A stretch of DNA of 64,000 bases from Lama glama (taxonomy: Eukaryota), in contig CM052817.1 in the NCBI GenBank assembly GCA_028534125.1, forward strand, positions 51,028,001 through 51,092,000, given 5' to 3'. The position numbers and the translations under genes were made by a program. Positions within the stretch are counted from its first letter, which is position 1. Each line of letters starts with the position of its first letter. The notes beneath the pieces are model-generated. The model saw only the letters and a list, made by a program, of their open reading frames with translations, ran no database searches and was not told the DNA's origin. Below, in pieces: positions 28,050-41,382 of this stretch.

Positions 28050-29500
28050 TAGACAAAATAAAAATTTCTGAAAATTTGTTGTCTATTTCTCCCTTTACAG
28101 CTGCTACTATTTCTTTATTCATTTTGAAGTTCTGTCATTAGGTGTAGATGTATTTGGGATTTTATGTCTTACTGTTGAATCAAGCCTTTTATAAATATGT
28201 CCCTTTTATTTCTGATGACACTCTATCTTGAAGACTAATTTCTCTTACAGTACTATTGCCACCCTATTTTACGGTTATTACTGGTGAGATACATTTTCTC
28301 CCACACTTTTACCTTTAATGTGTGTCTTTAAAGTGCAACTGTTTCAGACAACCTATGGTCGGGTCTTTTTTTAAATTATAATTTTGCATGATAATCTATG
28401 TCTTTTAATTGAAACGTGAAGACTAGCATATAGCATAGCTATTGATATCTTGTATTTAAGTCGAAATAACTGCTGTTTGTGTTTTTACCCCATCTCTATT
28501 TTGTTCCTCAGTTCTTCTTGCTTTCTTTTGGTTTATTCTTTATATTAGATTTTTAGCCAAATGTATAATTATTATATTTTAGTGGTTGCTCTAGGAATTA
28601 TAAATGCATCTTTAATTTATCCCATTGAACTTCACCTATCACTTCCTACTCAGTTTTTAAATATTTGAACATGAATGTAAGTATTACATTCATCATCCCC
28701 ACAGGCATTGGCTATTACTGTCATGTATTTTAGTTCCACAAACACTATAAACCCCAATTACAATGGCATTATTTCCTGTTTTAAACAGTTATTTTTATAT
28801 TACCTAACAGAAAAAGTAGTCCTTTATATTTATCACTTATTTGCCAGTTTTGGTCTTAATTCCTTCTTTTAGATCTAGTTTTTCTCCACGTATTTTGGTA
28901 TAATTTACCTTCAGCCTGATTAAGTTCCTTATTTAGCAACAAATTCTCTCAGCCTTCATGTATATGAAAATGTTTTAATTTCACCTGTATTTTTGAAGGA
29001 TTTTTTTCCTGGCTATGGAAGAAGGACTAACAGAAAAAAACTTTGTCTTTATTTTCTTTTTTCTTCTGATCTCTATAGTTTCTTTTTGTGTATATTATTC
29101 ATCTTTATTTTTTTCTGTCCTCAAGATTTTTCTCTTTGTCTTTTACTTTTAAAGATTTGAATATGCTGTTCCTAATATGTCTTTCCTTTGCTTTTAACTT
29201 TTTTGAGATTCACTGAACTTCTTAGATTTTTGGCTGATATTTGGCTGATAATGAAATTTGGAAAATGTTCCGCCACCATGGTCCTTATTTTTTTCTGACC
29301 TACTCTTTCCTTCTGGGATTCCAATGATACGTTTGTGAGATCTTATATTGTCGCACATGCCATGGAGGTGCTCTTTATTATTATTAATCCATCTCTTTTT
29401 GTGTCATTTCTTCAGATTTAATAATTTCTGGCAATCAGACTCCAGGTTCAGTTTCTTTATTCTACAGTCTTCAATCTGCTTTTAGACCTGCCCAGGGAAG
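28050..29500 (-). mobile_element. Ancient antisense L1 fragments
   Basis: Motifs 'agcaacaaattctctcagcc', 'tgaaaatgttttaatttcacc' and 'aaatttggaaaatg'. Confidence 0.65.
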
Positions 29501-29589
29501 CCTCCTTCTTCTTACACATAACACTAAACTGGCTATACATGTATTTATGAAGTAGTGACATGACAATGCCACCACCAAATGTTACACTA

Positions 29590-29796
29590 CAACAGAATTT
29601 TCAGCCTCAGAATTACTGATATGTCTGGCTGGATAACAAGGGACTATCCTGTGTACTGTAGAAAGTACAGCAGCCCACTTGGCCTTTATGTGCTAGGCGC
29701 CTGTACCAACCCCTCCCTCTGTTGTGACAGTCAAAAATGTATCCAGATGGTTCCAAATGGTCTCTCAGAGAACACCACCTTCAGTTGAGCACCACT
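29590..29796. mobile_element. MER20 hAT-Charlie MITE
   Basis: Motifs 'ctatcctgtgtactgtag' and 'gttgtgacagtcaaaaatgtatccaga'; ends 'cagttgagcaccact'. Confidence 0.8.
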
Positions 29797-30977
29797 AAAT
29801 GGTAATTTTTTTTCTTATTTCTACTCATAACTGTATATTCATTGAGGAAATATTTGATTTTCAAAAATAAGAAAAATTAAATCTAATCATGTGGTGTATA
29901 ACAAAGTCAAGGCACAAGTTTGAATTACACATTTAAGCAACTAACTTGACTTATAGAACTATGTCTTGTGAAGCAATTACTTCAAAATGACTTCCATGAT
30001 GCATTCAGTATGGGATTAGAAAGCACCTAGCCACATCTTTTAACTTCAGTCGATTTCAAATATGCCAAATGCAAAAATACTGCTAACTATACATGTGCAT
30101 TAAATTCACAACTCTTTTCTTCATAATCTGGCTTTGAAATGTTAGTGCAAAGGAAATGCTGGGATGTCCAAACTTAGCATATGACCTTCTGTAAACTGCT
30201 GTGCTTGCTGCCAAGCTGTGCATCTGTGGATATACCCAGATGGCTGTATCGTAGCTATTTAAATTGGGGAATCTGTAACAAGAAGTCACCACTTATTTAA
30301 CCTGCTTTTCTGGGATACTTAGCATACAAATTTGGTTTAAAATTCTAGGACTTTTGCGATCATGTATGCTTGTGACTAGTGTGGGTGGGTGGGTGAGTGA
30401 GTGTGTGTGTGAGTGCGCGCGCATTCACACTGATGTGTTTATTGGACATATGTGTTATATCTGCTATCTCCCAATTTCGTCTATTTTGTCAGTATAGATT
30501 TTAATTTGATTTTGTTAGCTGGGAAAGGACATTAACTGCCCTTTTAAATTAAGTACATTTCTGGTAACTAGAGTTTGTGTGTATGTAGGCATTGATATAT
30601 GTTTGCTGATAGTATGATAATAATAATGAGAAGGAAAAAGAATAAGCTTTAAACAACATAAATTATATACTACTCAATACGGAAAAGAAAGACAGATTAT
30701 GGGCAACTGGGGTATTGGCTTCCTTTGGGATTGTCCTATTAGAACCCAACTGATACTCCATTTAAGAGAAAGGTACAAGTAGAACAGAAAAATAAAATGC
30801 ATACCATTCAAGCTACAAAAAAATAGAAAACAAAAGGTAAAATTAGCTTAAAGTAGTCATCTGCACTATAATCTTTTTTTAAAATGACATAATATTCAGG
30901 AATTGGCTGAAAGTGTGCATATAAATATATGAAGAGTAGAAATAAATATATTATATATATATTTATATATATATATT

Positions 30978-31065
30978 AACAGTAGAAAGGCTGGAGATAC
31001 ACATATGTAAAACTATGTAGATATATAAGCATATTTATCTATGTATCTCCAGACTTTCTACTGTT
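30978..31065. repeat. Inverted repeat with 24-bp arms (1 mismatch) and a 40-bp spacer
   Basis: Arms are aacagtagaaaggctggagataca (30978-31001) and tgtatctccagactttctactgtt (31042-31065). Confidence 0.92.
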
Positions 31066-31689
31066 TCTTGACAGTCCTCTATCAAATGTTAATGAGAAAA
31101 GACAAAGGGAAATAATGTATTACCAAATATAAAGAGTAATTTATTTCTTAAAAGTTAACATGGTAAAAAATAAGATGTACATTTTAAGTGAGTAAATACA
31201 ATCTGATACTTTAAACTTTTATATAAGTACTATTAGTGCATACTAAATATATATTTCACGTTGAATAGAGAACACTGGCATTTAGTGATTCTAAATAGTT
31301 GTTTTCCTTATGAGCTATGATATTCCATATCCTATGTATGAATTGTCATAATGAGTTTTAAAAACAGTCACTTACCAACCTGTTTGAAACAAATCAGAAG
31401 TTACATAGCAACAAGGCGTCTAAATACTTTTGATCTGACATTTTACTAAGTAATGTTCTATCAGATATAAATAATATTGGATAGAATATCTCATTAATTA
31501 TGTTTAACACCTTTATTGTGGTATGATTCTTGTACAGTAAACTATACATATTTCAGATGTATAATTTGATGAATTTTGATAGACGTATACACCAGTGAAA
31601 CCACCACCACAAGATAGCTAACAATTCCATCACTTCCCAAGAGGTGCAAATTTCAAATTTCCAATCTATCCCTTCCCACCTCTTTTACC

Positions 31690-31820
31690 TGTCATTCTAA
31701 GTCAAGTAAGTCAGAAAGAGAAAGAAAAATACCACATGATATGGCTTACTTGTGGAATCTAAAAAAAAAAAGACACAAATGAACTTATCTACAAAATGTA
31801 GAAAGACCTCACAGACATAT
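31690..31820 (+). mobile_element. Short L1 3'UTR fragment next to an older antisense L1 end (about 31505-31690)
   Basis: 'gtcattctaagtcaagtaagtcagaaagagaaagaaaaatacc' resembles the L1 ends at 24530 and 54040. Confidence 0.75.
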
Positions 31821-32959
31821 CATGATTATTTTTAGTTGATAACTATAAAGAAAATGTTTGACAAGATTTAGTAATATCTCTATAAAATCACAGAACAATG
31901 AGTAACATTCACTATACTTATAGCATACAAACTTCTAATTGTCATTCCACAAAGTGGAATTTTTTATATCTCTATATATTAAACAGAAAGCCCCTTTCCT
32001 GATCATGATCAAGGTTGAACTGAGTCTGAATGGCTACTCTGGTATAGAAATAGAAACAGCCTTGGATTAGATTCAGATCCTCTGGGTTCAAGTTTAATTT
32101 TTAACACCTAACATCTAATTGTTTCAATGAGAACTTAACACACAGCAGAAACCACTTGAATATTTAAAACAACGAGGTTTTAAATCTGCAAATGTGGCTA
32201 CATGCATGATGAGGGAGACATGAAGCCAAAAAGGGGAAAGTAAGGTACCCTGCAATGAATCTGAACATAAAATTACCAGAAATCCAAGACCAGAAGGTCC
32301 AAGGGAGGGAGTAGTGCTACTAGAGTGCAGAGTACAGATCACTCAGGTAATGTAACAATAGAGCCGTCCTATTCAGTGGCAGTTGGAAATATAAGATGTA
32401 GCAGATGGTGGAAATGGAAGGAGAGAAAGGAGTGGCAAAGAAGGAGGGGGGCAGAAATAACTTGGATTGTCTCTCTCCTCTACCCTCCCAGCATTGCCCC
32501 ATTGCCTGATCCCATCCAGAATCCAGGCGACAGTGGAGTGTAGGAATGTGTTCTTTAGGTCAGCCTTAGCAATGCAGAAGAGGACAGGGGGAGGCAAGAA
32601 CGGATGTGAGGGAGAAACTCGGTCAGTTATCTCCAATGTTTCCCCACCTGTTAAACAAGAATTATAATAACCATCTCAAAAGTTTACTGTCAAGATTCAT
32701 TTAAAACACTATGCGGGGCTTTGAAAAGCAACATGCTTGTGAAAGTTGTTACTATTATTACTAGAAAGAATACAGCAATTCCAGGGCTTAAGTGTTCTTC
32801 CTTTTGGTTACCTTATAGCTTTGGATATGTTACCTACCTGTAATAATCAGTTAGACTCCAAAATAGGGATTAGTCTTTTTGAGCCTTAGAAAGGTCATTG
32901 GAAATCTCTAACAATTTGACACACTAAAGTGTGAAAAGATTTGCATTCCTAAAAAGAAA

Positions 32960-34830
32960 GGTTGAGGTTTCCACTCTCAGAATGTCTACATGAGGAGCTC
33001 TGTGGATCCACTCTCCATAAAAACTGGTGAAATTATTTTAAAGAAGTAATCTCTTGAAATGGTCCTAATAATAGACAATAAATAAGGAAATACTTATTCA
33101 AGAAGATCTACTAACACTGCAGTTTTACTGGGCATCTGAACCACAGCCTTCTCTCTCCCTCTTTTCCCTCAGCTCATTTTGATGGAAACTCCACCCTAGG
33201 TAGGAAAAGCCAGAAACACAGGGCTTCCTCTATCCCCAGTTCCCAGTCAAGAGTGGGGCATCAACATTTCACATTATGTCTCCTAGTTACCTGTTACAGA
33301 CCTAAATTCACAGCCAAGAGGCAGGGTTAGTCTAAGAGAAAATCATTGTTATCCCATGGTGACTGTGCATGTTCAAGTCTACACCCCTAGCGAACAACAT
33401 TAGAGTCTCCACACTGTTGCGGAAATAGACTGCACTAATTAATCCAGCCAGTCACTAAACAAAAAAGCAAGCAAACAACAACAACAAGCCCTGGGTGGAA
33501 GGGGACTCATACTTAGGTTTGCTAAAATATATTTTCCAAAATATCTAGTTTTCAACAACAAGTATTTATAAGGCATGCAAAGAAACAGGAATTTCTGACA
33601 GGAAGAAACAAAAACAAAAACAAAAGCCCTGCCTGTGAGAGTAACCAGAAGTCAGATTTAACAAAGACTTACCCCCCATCGTAAATATTTTCAAAGAAGT
33701 ACAGGAAATTGTTAAAAGCAAAAGAAGAAATGATGATAAAGTCTTACTGAATAGAGAATATCAATTCAAAAGAGATGGAAATTATTGAAAGAAAAAAAGA
33801 ACCACCAAATGGAAATACTGGAATTCAAAGGTAAATAAAGTGGGAAAAAAAACCCCAAAACCCAAAAGTCACCAGAGGGGCTCAATAGTAGATTTGAACT
33901 GTACAGAGAAAGAATTAGTGAACCTGAAGATAGATTGATGGAGATTATGCAATTTGAAGAACAGAGAGAAAGGATTGAAGAAAAAAGAATGAAGCCTCAG
34001 AGAAACATGGGACCCCATTAAGTGTGGGACCAACATGCACTTAATGGGAGTGCCAGAAAGAGAGTGAGAAAAAAGTATTTAAGAAAATGGCTTATTTCTT
34101 TTGAAGTTTGATGGAAACTATTAATCTACACAAGATAGTAAGAAGCATGTGGAGAGATTGGTCCTCTCATACACTGCTGGTGGGAATGTAAACATTTTAA
34201 AAGACAATTTTTAAGAACGGTATAAAAAAAAGACACTTAGTAAAACAGTGTTAAATACAGAATCATCGTTTGGCCCAGTATATACATAGGAGAAATAAAA
34301 ACATGCCTCCACAAAAATTTGTATGCCAATGTTCATAGCAACATTATTCAGAATACACAAAAGGTGAAAAAAGCCCAATACCCATCAACTGATAAATGGA
34401 TAAACAAAATGTGGTTTATCCACATACTAGATTGCCATTCAGCCATAAAAGTAAAGTACTGATACATGCTACAACATAAATAACCTTGAAAACACACTAA
34501 AAGAAATAAACCAGTCCCAAATACCACATATTATATGATTTTATTGATAATGAATGTCCAGAAGTAGGAAAACTGTGAAGATGAAAATTAGACTAGTTGT
34601 TGGTCACCAAGGGCTGGGAGGTGATAGTTAAAAGGATACAGTGTTTGGTGTTGGGGTGACAAAAATATTTTGAATTAAATGAAAATATTTTGAATGATGA
34701 CATTTGCATAACTCTATGAATAAACTAAATTCTAATATTAAACTGAATACTAAATTAATACTAAATACACCGAGTTATAGATTTCAAATGGATAAATTTA
34801 ATGGTCAATGGATTAAATCTCAGTAACCAG
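32960..34830 (+). mobile_element. Old L1: 5'/ORF1 remnant joined to a 3' end
   Basis: ORF1-like 'agaattagtgaacctgaagataga'; 3' motifs 'cactgctggtgggaatgtaaa' and 'catcaactgataaatggataaacaaaatgtgg'. Confidence 0.7.
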
Positions 34831-37800
34831 TTCTCCCGCCCCCAATAGGTTGAGTCACACTTCCATAATTTTTAGGGAACTATAAACATAAAATAGAAAT
34901 ATTTGTCACTACTGTCCTCTTATAATTTTTTGAAGTATAAATAATTTTCAAAGGGCAGAAAAATAGTGGCTACTTAGGTGATTTTTAATTTAAACATGTA
35001 ATATATACACTGTCCTGCATTTCTCTGCTACTGATTTTTATACTTTTTAGAACTAGACTTTTTCACTAAAACAATTCAAACATCTGAACTTGACATACCT
35101 AATTTTTGCAAAAATGAGAAAAATAGACAAAATTTCTAGGCATGCCAACTTTCAATTTTGATCCCTTTCCCTGCATTTGAGAATGTGTTTTCTTGTAGTG
35201 AAAGCAACAATAAGCATCTTTAATTTGCATTTGCTGGCTTTCACAAGCACGTGTCCTTACCTTAACATCTCTTAAGTAGAGTTTATTTTGCAGAGGATCT
35301 GTTTATCTAGCATTAGCACACGACAAAAACAGGAGTGTAATAAGAATGCATAAGTTTGAAATGCATAGTGCGTTAACTGAATATTTGAAAACGTCTTAAA
35401 GCAGTGGAGCAATTTGATCCTTATAATCCAGTTTACTTTTTTTTTTTCCCTGAGAGAAAAGGGCATGCTTATCTAGGATTTATTTCATCTGCAATTTTCA
35501 CGTGACAAAATTTACTTTTAAGTTTAAAATGATGTTGTTTCGGTCCCTGGTGTCTGAGTGTGATGAGAGCTGGAAAAGCAGACAGAACTCCTAATGTCTA
35601 ATCTTGGCATGGCATTTGCTTTCCATTTTCTTTAGTGTGCACTAGTGGGATATTACTGAATGTTAAAACCTTGGCAGAGTCACTAGTGTGTAGAATTTCT
35701 TTTGTGAAGTGGGAAATGAAGCCCAGTAAAGTTTATCTAGTTTTAAAATTATTACTGATTAGTTTTATGTCTTTTTTTTATCATTGAATTTTCTCTTTGA
35801 CTATGTATAGCCTAAAGAACACAGAATCCCACTAAACAGATGTAGGAATATACTGTTTCTCCTAGGTGAAAGACATGAACCTCCATCTTTGTCCTTGGTG
35901 AATGCACTGCATTCTTCTCAACAGTTAACATAGTGGCCCCCAAGTATACATTGCTCAGTGTCACCGCACTCTGTCCTTTTTCCCTATCTTCATAAACCCT
36001 TTTATTTTTCACCTGAACAAGTGTTACATCCTATTTCTCACATGACTCATCACACACTAATTCTTACTCTATTGGACCTGGGTATTTCTCATCAGCTTTT
36101 TAAAACCCTGAGTCAACCAAATTTGCAACAATGTTTTAAAAAATTATGAAAAAAACAAACTTTGATTCTGTTCTGCTTTAAAACGTGTCCAAATGGTCTA
36201 ATCCTAAAACCAGAAACATATTTTACTCCACATATGCTTTGATCCCTCAGTTACATTTCATATTATTGGCCTTCCTATCCTTCCTGAAATGATTCTGATT
36301 CACTCTTTTGAAATATCCCTCACAAGCTTTCCTGGATTTCCAACTACAGTGCAAAATCCTTCAGAGGAGGAATCACATCATAGAAGTCCAATTTGTTTCC
36401 ACATATATTTACTGAGAGCTAAAAATGGGCTAGGTATTCTTTTACATGCTTAGGATATTACCAAACAAAGCAATAATCTGACAGTGGTATTTACATTCTG
36501 GCAAATACAGACACATAATAATAAAAAATAATAAATAATATGCCTAGAAGTTCACATGCTATGAAACAAGGAAACTGTAGGAGAGGACTGACATTATACT
36601 GGGTGAGGTTTAGTATAAACAATAAATCTCAATACTGTTCCTATTACCAACTTAATGCTTTTCATACACATCTTAAAAAAGACATAAAAGTATAATCAAT
36701 AAATAGCTTTTTTTTATAAAAATATTTTTTGTGATATCAATCTCTTCTCACTGCCCGTTTTTCACTCAGCCTGTAACACCTGTATAATATGGATATAAAT
36801 GTACATGTACATAGAGGAATATAGACATAGATACTGATGTAGACAGAGATACAGATGTTTGAGCTCCTTGACACATTGTCATTTGTCCTATCAGTGTTCA
36901 GTGATATATACTTGTTTGGACCCCATCCATTTTAGGAGATGAAGCATCTGTTTATCCTCTTAAAGGACTGACAATGATAAGACTGAAGAAAGTATTAAAT
37001 AGGAAACAGAGTAAAGAGTCATGCAGTAAAGTTCTTAAGCAATAAAGAACATATGCATGCCACAATACTGGGAGAGGAGAGGGAGGAGACCAACAGTTGG
37101 GATACCAAGATATTTTTAAAAAATTCTTCAGGAGCGTAGGACTGCTCTCTAGTTAGAGCACAAGTCCTTGTAGGTAGAAATACATTTGGGTTTTTGATAT
37201 CGCTGTCTACAACACAGCAGGCACTCAAAAAATAATGATTTATAAAGATTTACCATCGGATAAGGGATCCAAAATGTGTAAGAATTTTTGACTTTCACCT
37301 TTTCAGCACATAGATATCACTTCTAAAATCCTTATAATCATGAATAAAATAATGTATGTATCAGAAAAAGCACATGGCAAGCACAATGCTTTGGAGTAGA
37401 TCATCTAAGGAAGTGCAAAGGCACATTTCACTATTAAAGGACCCATTTCACTCTATTCAGTTATACTGAAAAATTAATTCTTTCTAGTGATTATGGACAG
37501 GCTCATTATATAATTAATGTATTTGCAACGAACCTCAAGGTGTTTAGATCATTTAACGAGGTGACATAAAGCATTGTGGTTGAGCTCCAAAACTATGGGT
37601 TTAAACTATCTGATCTTTATTTGTGGTTTATGCTTCAAAAAGATGGCAACAGTGGTAACTGAATTCTACGTGTTAGAATGCTTGTTCCTTTACTCGTTAA
37701 TTGTATGACTCTGGACGTGTTTTTATTATGGAATCTATCTGTTCTACAATTCCCTGTAAATTAGGCTAATAGAGTACTGGTGTGAGTTTCAAATATATTA

Positions 37801-37984
37801 ATATCTGTAAAACAGAAGAATGCCAGTCTGTAACTCTAAATTAATCCTAAATTAACAGCAGAAGATGTTAAGCCCATACAGTTTACCTGTAATTTCTGAC
37901 AAAAGGTTTGCTTTTCCTCAAGAAACAACACCTTTTCCTGTCTTCTTTACAAAATTCTATGAATATTGATTATTTCAAGATTTT

Positions 37985-39547
37985 CCAGGTCCAGCATTAC
38001 AATGACACTAAAATCTAACAAAGAAGCCACAAGAAAAAAAATTATAGACCAATATCCCTGATAAACATAGATGCAAAAAATCCTCAAGTATTAGGAAACT
38101 GAATTCAACAATATATTAAGAGAATCAAATGGGATTTATTTCATGGATACAAAGATAGTTCAACATCTGCAAAACAATCAATATAAAACACCATGTTAAC
38201 AAAACAAAGGATAATAATTACATAATCATCTCGATATATGCAGAAAAAGCATTTGACAAAATTCAACATTCATTCATGATAAAAACTCAACGAAGCGGGT
38301 ATAGAAAGAATGCATCTCAACATAAGAAAAGCCATATATGACTAGCCATAGCTAACATCACACTCAATGGTGAAGAAAGCATTTTCTCTAAGATCAGGAA
38401 GACAACAAGAATGCCTACTCTTGTCAGTTTTATTCAACATAGTAGTGAGAGTCCTAACCAGAGCAATTAGGCAACATAAAGAAATTAAAGTCACCCAGAT
38501 TGGAAAGAAAGACATAAAATTGTCACTATCTGCAGATGACATAATATTTTATAAAGAAAACCCTAAAGAGGCCACCAAAAATTCTTATATTTAAAAAATT
38601 CAGTAAATTGGAAGAATACAAAAATCAATATGCAGTAATTTTTCGGTTTCTATGCACTAATAACACATATCAGAAAGATCAATTTAAAAACACAATTTAC
38701 AGTTGTATCAAAGAGAATAAATAGATAGGAATAAACTTAACCAAAAAGGTGAGAGACCTGTGCACTGTCAACTATACAACATTGATAAGAGAAATTGAAA
38801 AAGATACAAATAAATGCAAAGATATTTAGTACTCATAGATTGGAAAAATTTATATTATTAAAATGTCCATACTATCTAAAGCAATACACAGATTCAACAC
38901 AATCCCTCTAAAAATATCAATATCATCTTTCACAAAAATAGATCAATATTAAAATCTGTATGGAACCACAAAAAAATCTGAATATTAAAAGCAATTCTGC
39001 CAAAAAAGAAAAAAGCTGGAGGTATCTCGCTCCCTGATTTCAAACTATATTACAAAGCTATAGTCATCAAAGCAGTGTGATATTGGCATATAAACACACA
39101 CACAGATAAATGGAACAGAACAGAGAGTCCAGAAATAACCCCACATATGCACAGTAAATTAGTTTATGACAAAGATGCTTAGAATATACAATGGATACAT
39201 GATAGTTTATTCAATAAATGATTCTAGGAAAACTGGACAGCCACATGCAAAAGGAGGAAATCCACCACTATCTTTATACCATACACATACATTTGATCAA
39301 AATGTATTAAATACTTGAATGCAAGCCTTGAAGAAAACACAGGTGGTAAACTCTTTGACATTGGTCTTGGCAATGATATTTTTGATCTGATACCAAAAGT
39401 AAAGGCAACAAAAGCAAAAATAAATACATGGAACTATGTCAAATGAAAAATCTTCACAGCAAAGGAAACCATCAACAAAATGAAAAGGCAATCTGTGGAC
39501 TGGAGAAAACATTTGTAAATCATATGAGATAAAGGATTAATATAGAA
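37985..39547 (+). mobile_element. L1 ORF2 (RT region) running into gap 2
   Basis: Peptide KAFSLRSGRQQECLLLSVLFNIV...LSLSADDII, a degenerate L1 RT FADD motif. Confidence 0.92.
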
Positions 39548-40047
39548 NNNNNNNNNNNNNNNNNNNNNNNNNNNNNNNNNNNNNNNNNNNNNNNNNNNNN
39601 NNNNNNNNNNNNNNNNNNNNNNNNNNNNNNNNNNNNNNNNNNNNNNNNNNNNNNNNNNNNNNNNNNNNNNNNNNNNNNNNNNNNNNNNNNNNNNNNNNNN
39701 NNNNNNNNNNNNNNNNNNNNNNNNNNNNNNNNNNNNNNNNNNNNNNNNNNNNNNNNNNNNNNNNNNNNNNNNNNNNNNNNNNNNNNNNNNNNNNNNNNNN
39801 NNNNNNNNNNNNNNNNNNNNNNNNNNNNNNNNNNNNNNNNNNNNNNNNNNNNNNNNNNNNNNNNNNNNNNNNNNNNNNNNNNNNNNNNNNNNNNNNNNNN
39901 NNNNNNNNNNNNNNNNNNNNNNNNNNNNNNNNNNNNNNNNNNNNNNNNNNNNNNNNNNNNNNNNNNNNNNNNNNNNNNNNNNNNNNNNNNNNNNNNNNNN
40001 NNNNNNNNNNNNNNNNNNNNNNNNNNNNNNNNNNNNNNNNNNNNNNN
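39548..40047. other. Assembly gap (500 N)
   Basis: Run of N. Confidence 1.
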
Positions 40048-40151
40048 AATTTTTCAGTCATTCATGGACATATACACACTCATTGTAACATTTTTTTCTC
40101 TGTGATTTATCATAACATTTTGTGTATATTTCCCTGTGCTATACAGTGTAA
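40048..40151 (-). mobile_element. Antisense 3'UTR fragment of the young L1 family
   Basis: Near reverse complement of 61555-61660 and 8268-8346. Confidence 0.88.
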
Positions 40152-41216
40152 ATAAAAACATCTTGATAGGTGTTTTTTATACAATATGTCCATGTATTTA
40201 ACAATACTTCTCAGAATCTTTTCAATATCTCTTAGGCCCAGGTAACTGGGGTCCCTGATCTGGGCCCCGGACTGTAGAACACTTGCAATGGCTCTTCTTT
40301 GTCTATATCCACAGGGGCAAAGAGTCCACAGGCATAAGTGGACATACTCATCTGAAGCCTGTATGTTCTCCTCTAGGCCCTGCTCCTGATAAACTGTGTT
40401 TTGGGACTTCTCTGCCTAGAGATCCACAATATTACTTCTGGATCTGCTTTTGTCTTCCCCAATATAAAGGCTATTCATTTAGGATGTTCTTTAGGTTTCT
40501 ATTGTTGGCCTTCTCATGGGACAATGATCTTTTTTATTTTACTCTCTGATATTCCAAAGGAATTGGAAGATGTTTACATGGATTCAGGTCCAATTAATTT
40601 GGTATCAAGTATAAAATATTCCCCAGTTTAGGCCATGCCTTTTCGACTCAATCCTCAAATAAACTAATTTTAATTCTCTTGAAAATTATCTTTCCTTATT
40701 TATCAAAGGCACTGGGGTCTCCTGCTTTCTATACCTAATGGCTGTAATATTGTTCCTTCTTAATATTTTCTCCAGGACTTTCTTGTGCCAGCCTACAGTT
40801 CTCATCTCTATAGTTTTGATCAGTATCTCATGATTTCAATGCCCAGGCCTCAGGGAGAGAAAAATGTCTCCCCCTCCCCAGGATATTCAAGTTACTTCAT
40901 TCAAACATGTGTCCTGAAAGAAAAGAAAAAGAGGACAAGAATTTCCCTCTTCAGAGTTGGGTCTGGCCCTGACATAGACTCTGTGAAATAACATCACCCA
41001 AGAACTTATGACTCATCCTCCTCCCTGATGACTTTGCTGTGTTCGTCTGTGGTAGTTAGAACTGCAGTCCCCTAGACACATCTGAGAATGCTGCCATTGC
41101 TATGGCCAAACAGTGTGTACAAAATGAGAACTTACAGGTCCAGAACACCAGTCTTTCAAAAGACTGTCACATAAAAACTATCTGGTCCTCACCTAAATGG
41201 GTAGATGAGAGACTTC

Positions 41217-41382
41217 AGGAGGAACCTAGTAAGTTCCCAGCCATATGTTTTGTCATGCAGTCTTCCTTGACCAATCTCAGTGGACTTAATGTTGGTTTTA
41301 GGAGGAACCTAGTAAGTTCCCAGCCATATGTTTTGTCATGCAGTCTTCCTTGACCAATCTCAGTGGACTTAATGTTGGTTTT
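41217..41382 (+). repeat. Perfect 83-bp tandem duplication
   Basis: 41217-41299 is identical to 41300-41382. Confidence 0.95.

Noticed and set aside
35261..35298. Candidate 38-nt minus-strand exon (AAG|gtaagg donor)
   Set aside because: Weak acceptor and no recognisable peptide, and it does not join the 45734 candidate in an open frame.
41217..41382. Possible CRISPR-like or array structure
   Set aside because: Only two adjacent copies with no spacers, in a eukaryotic context.
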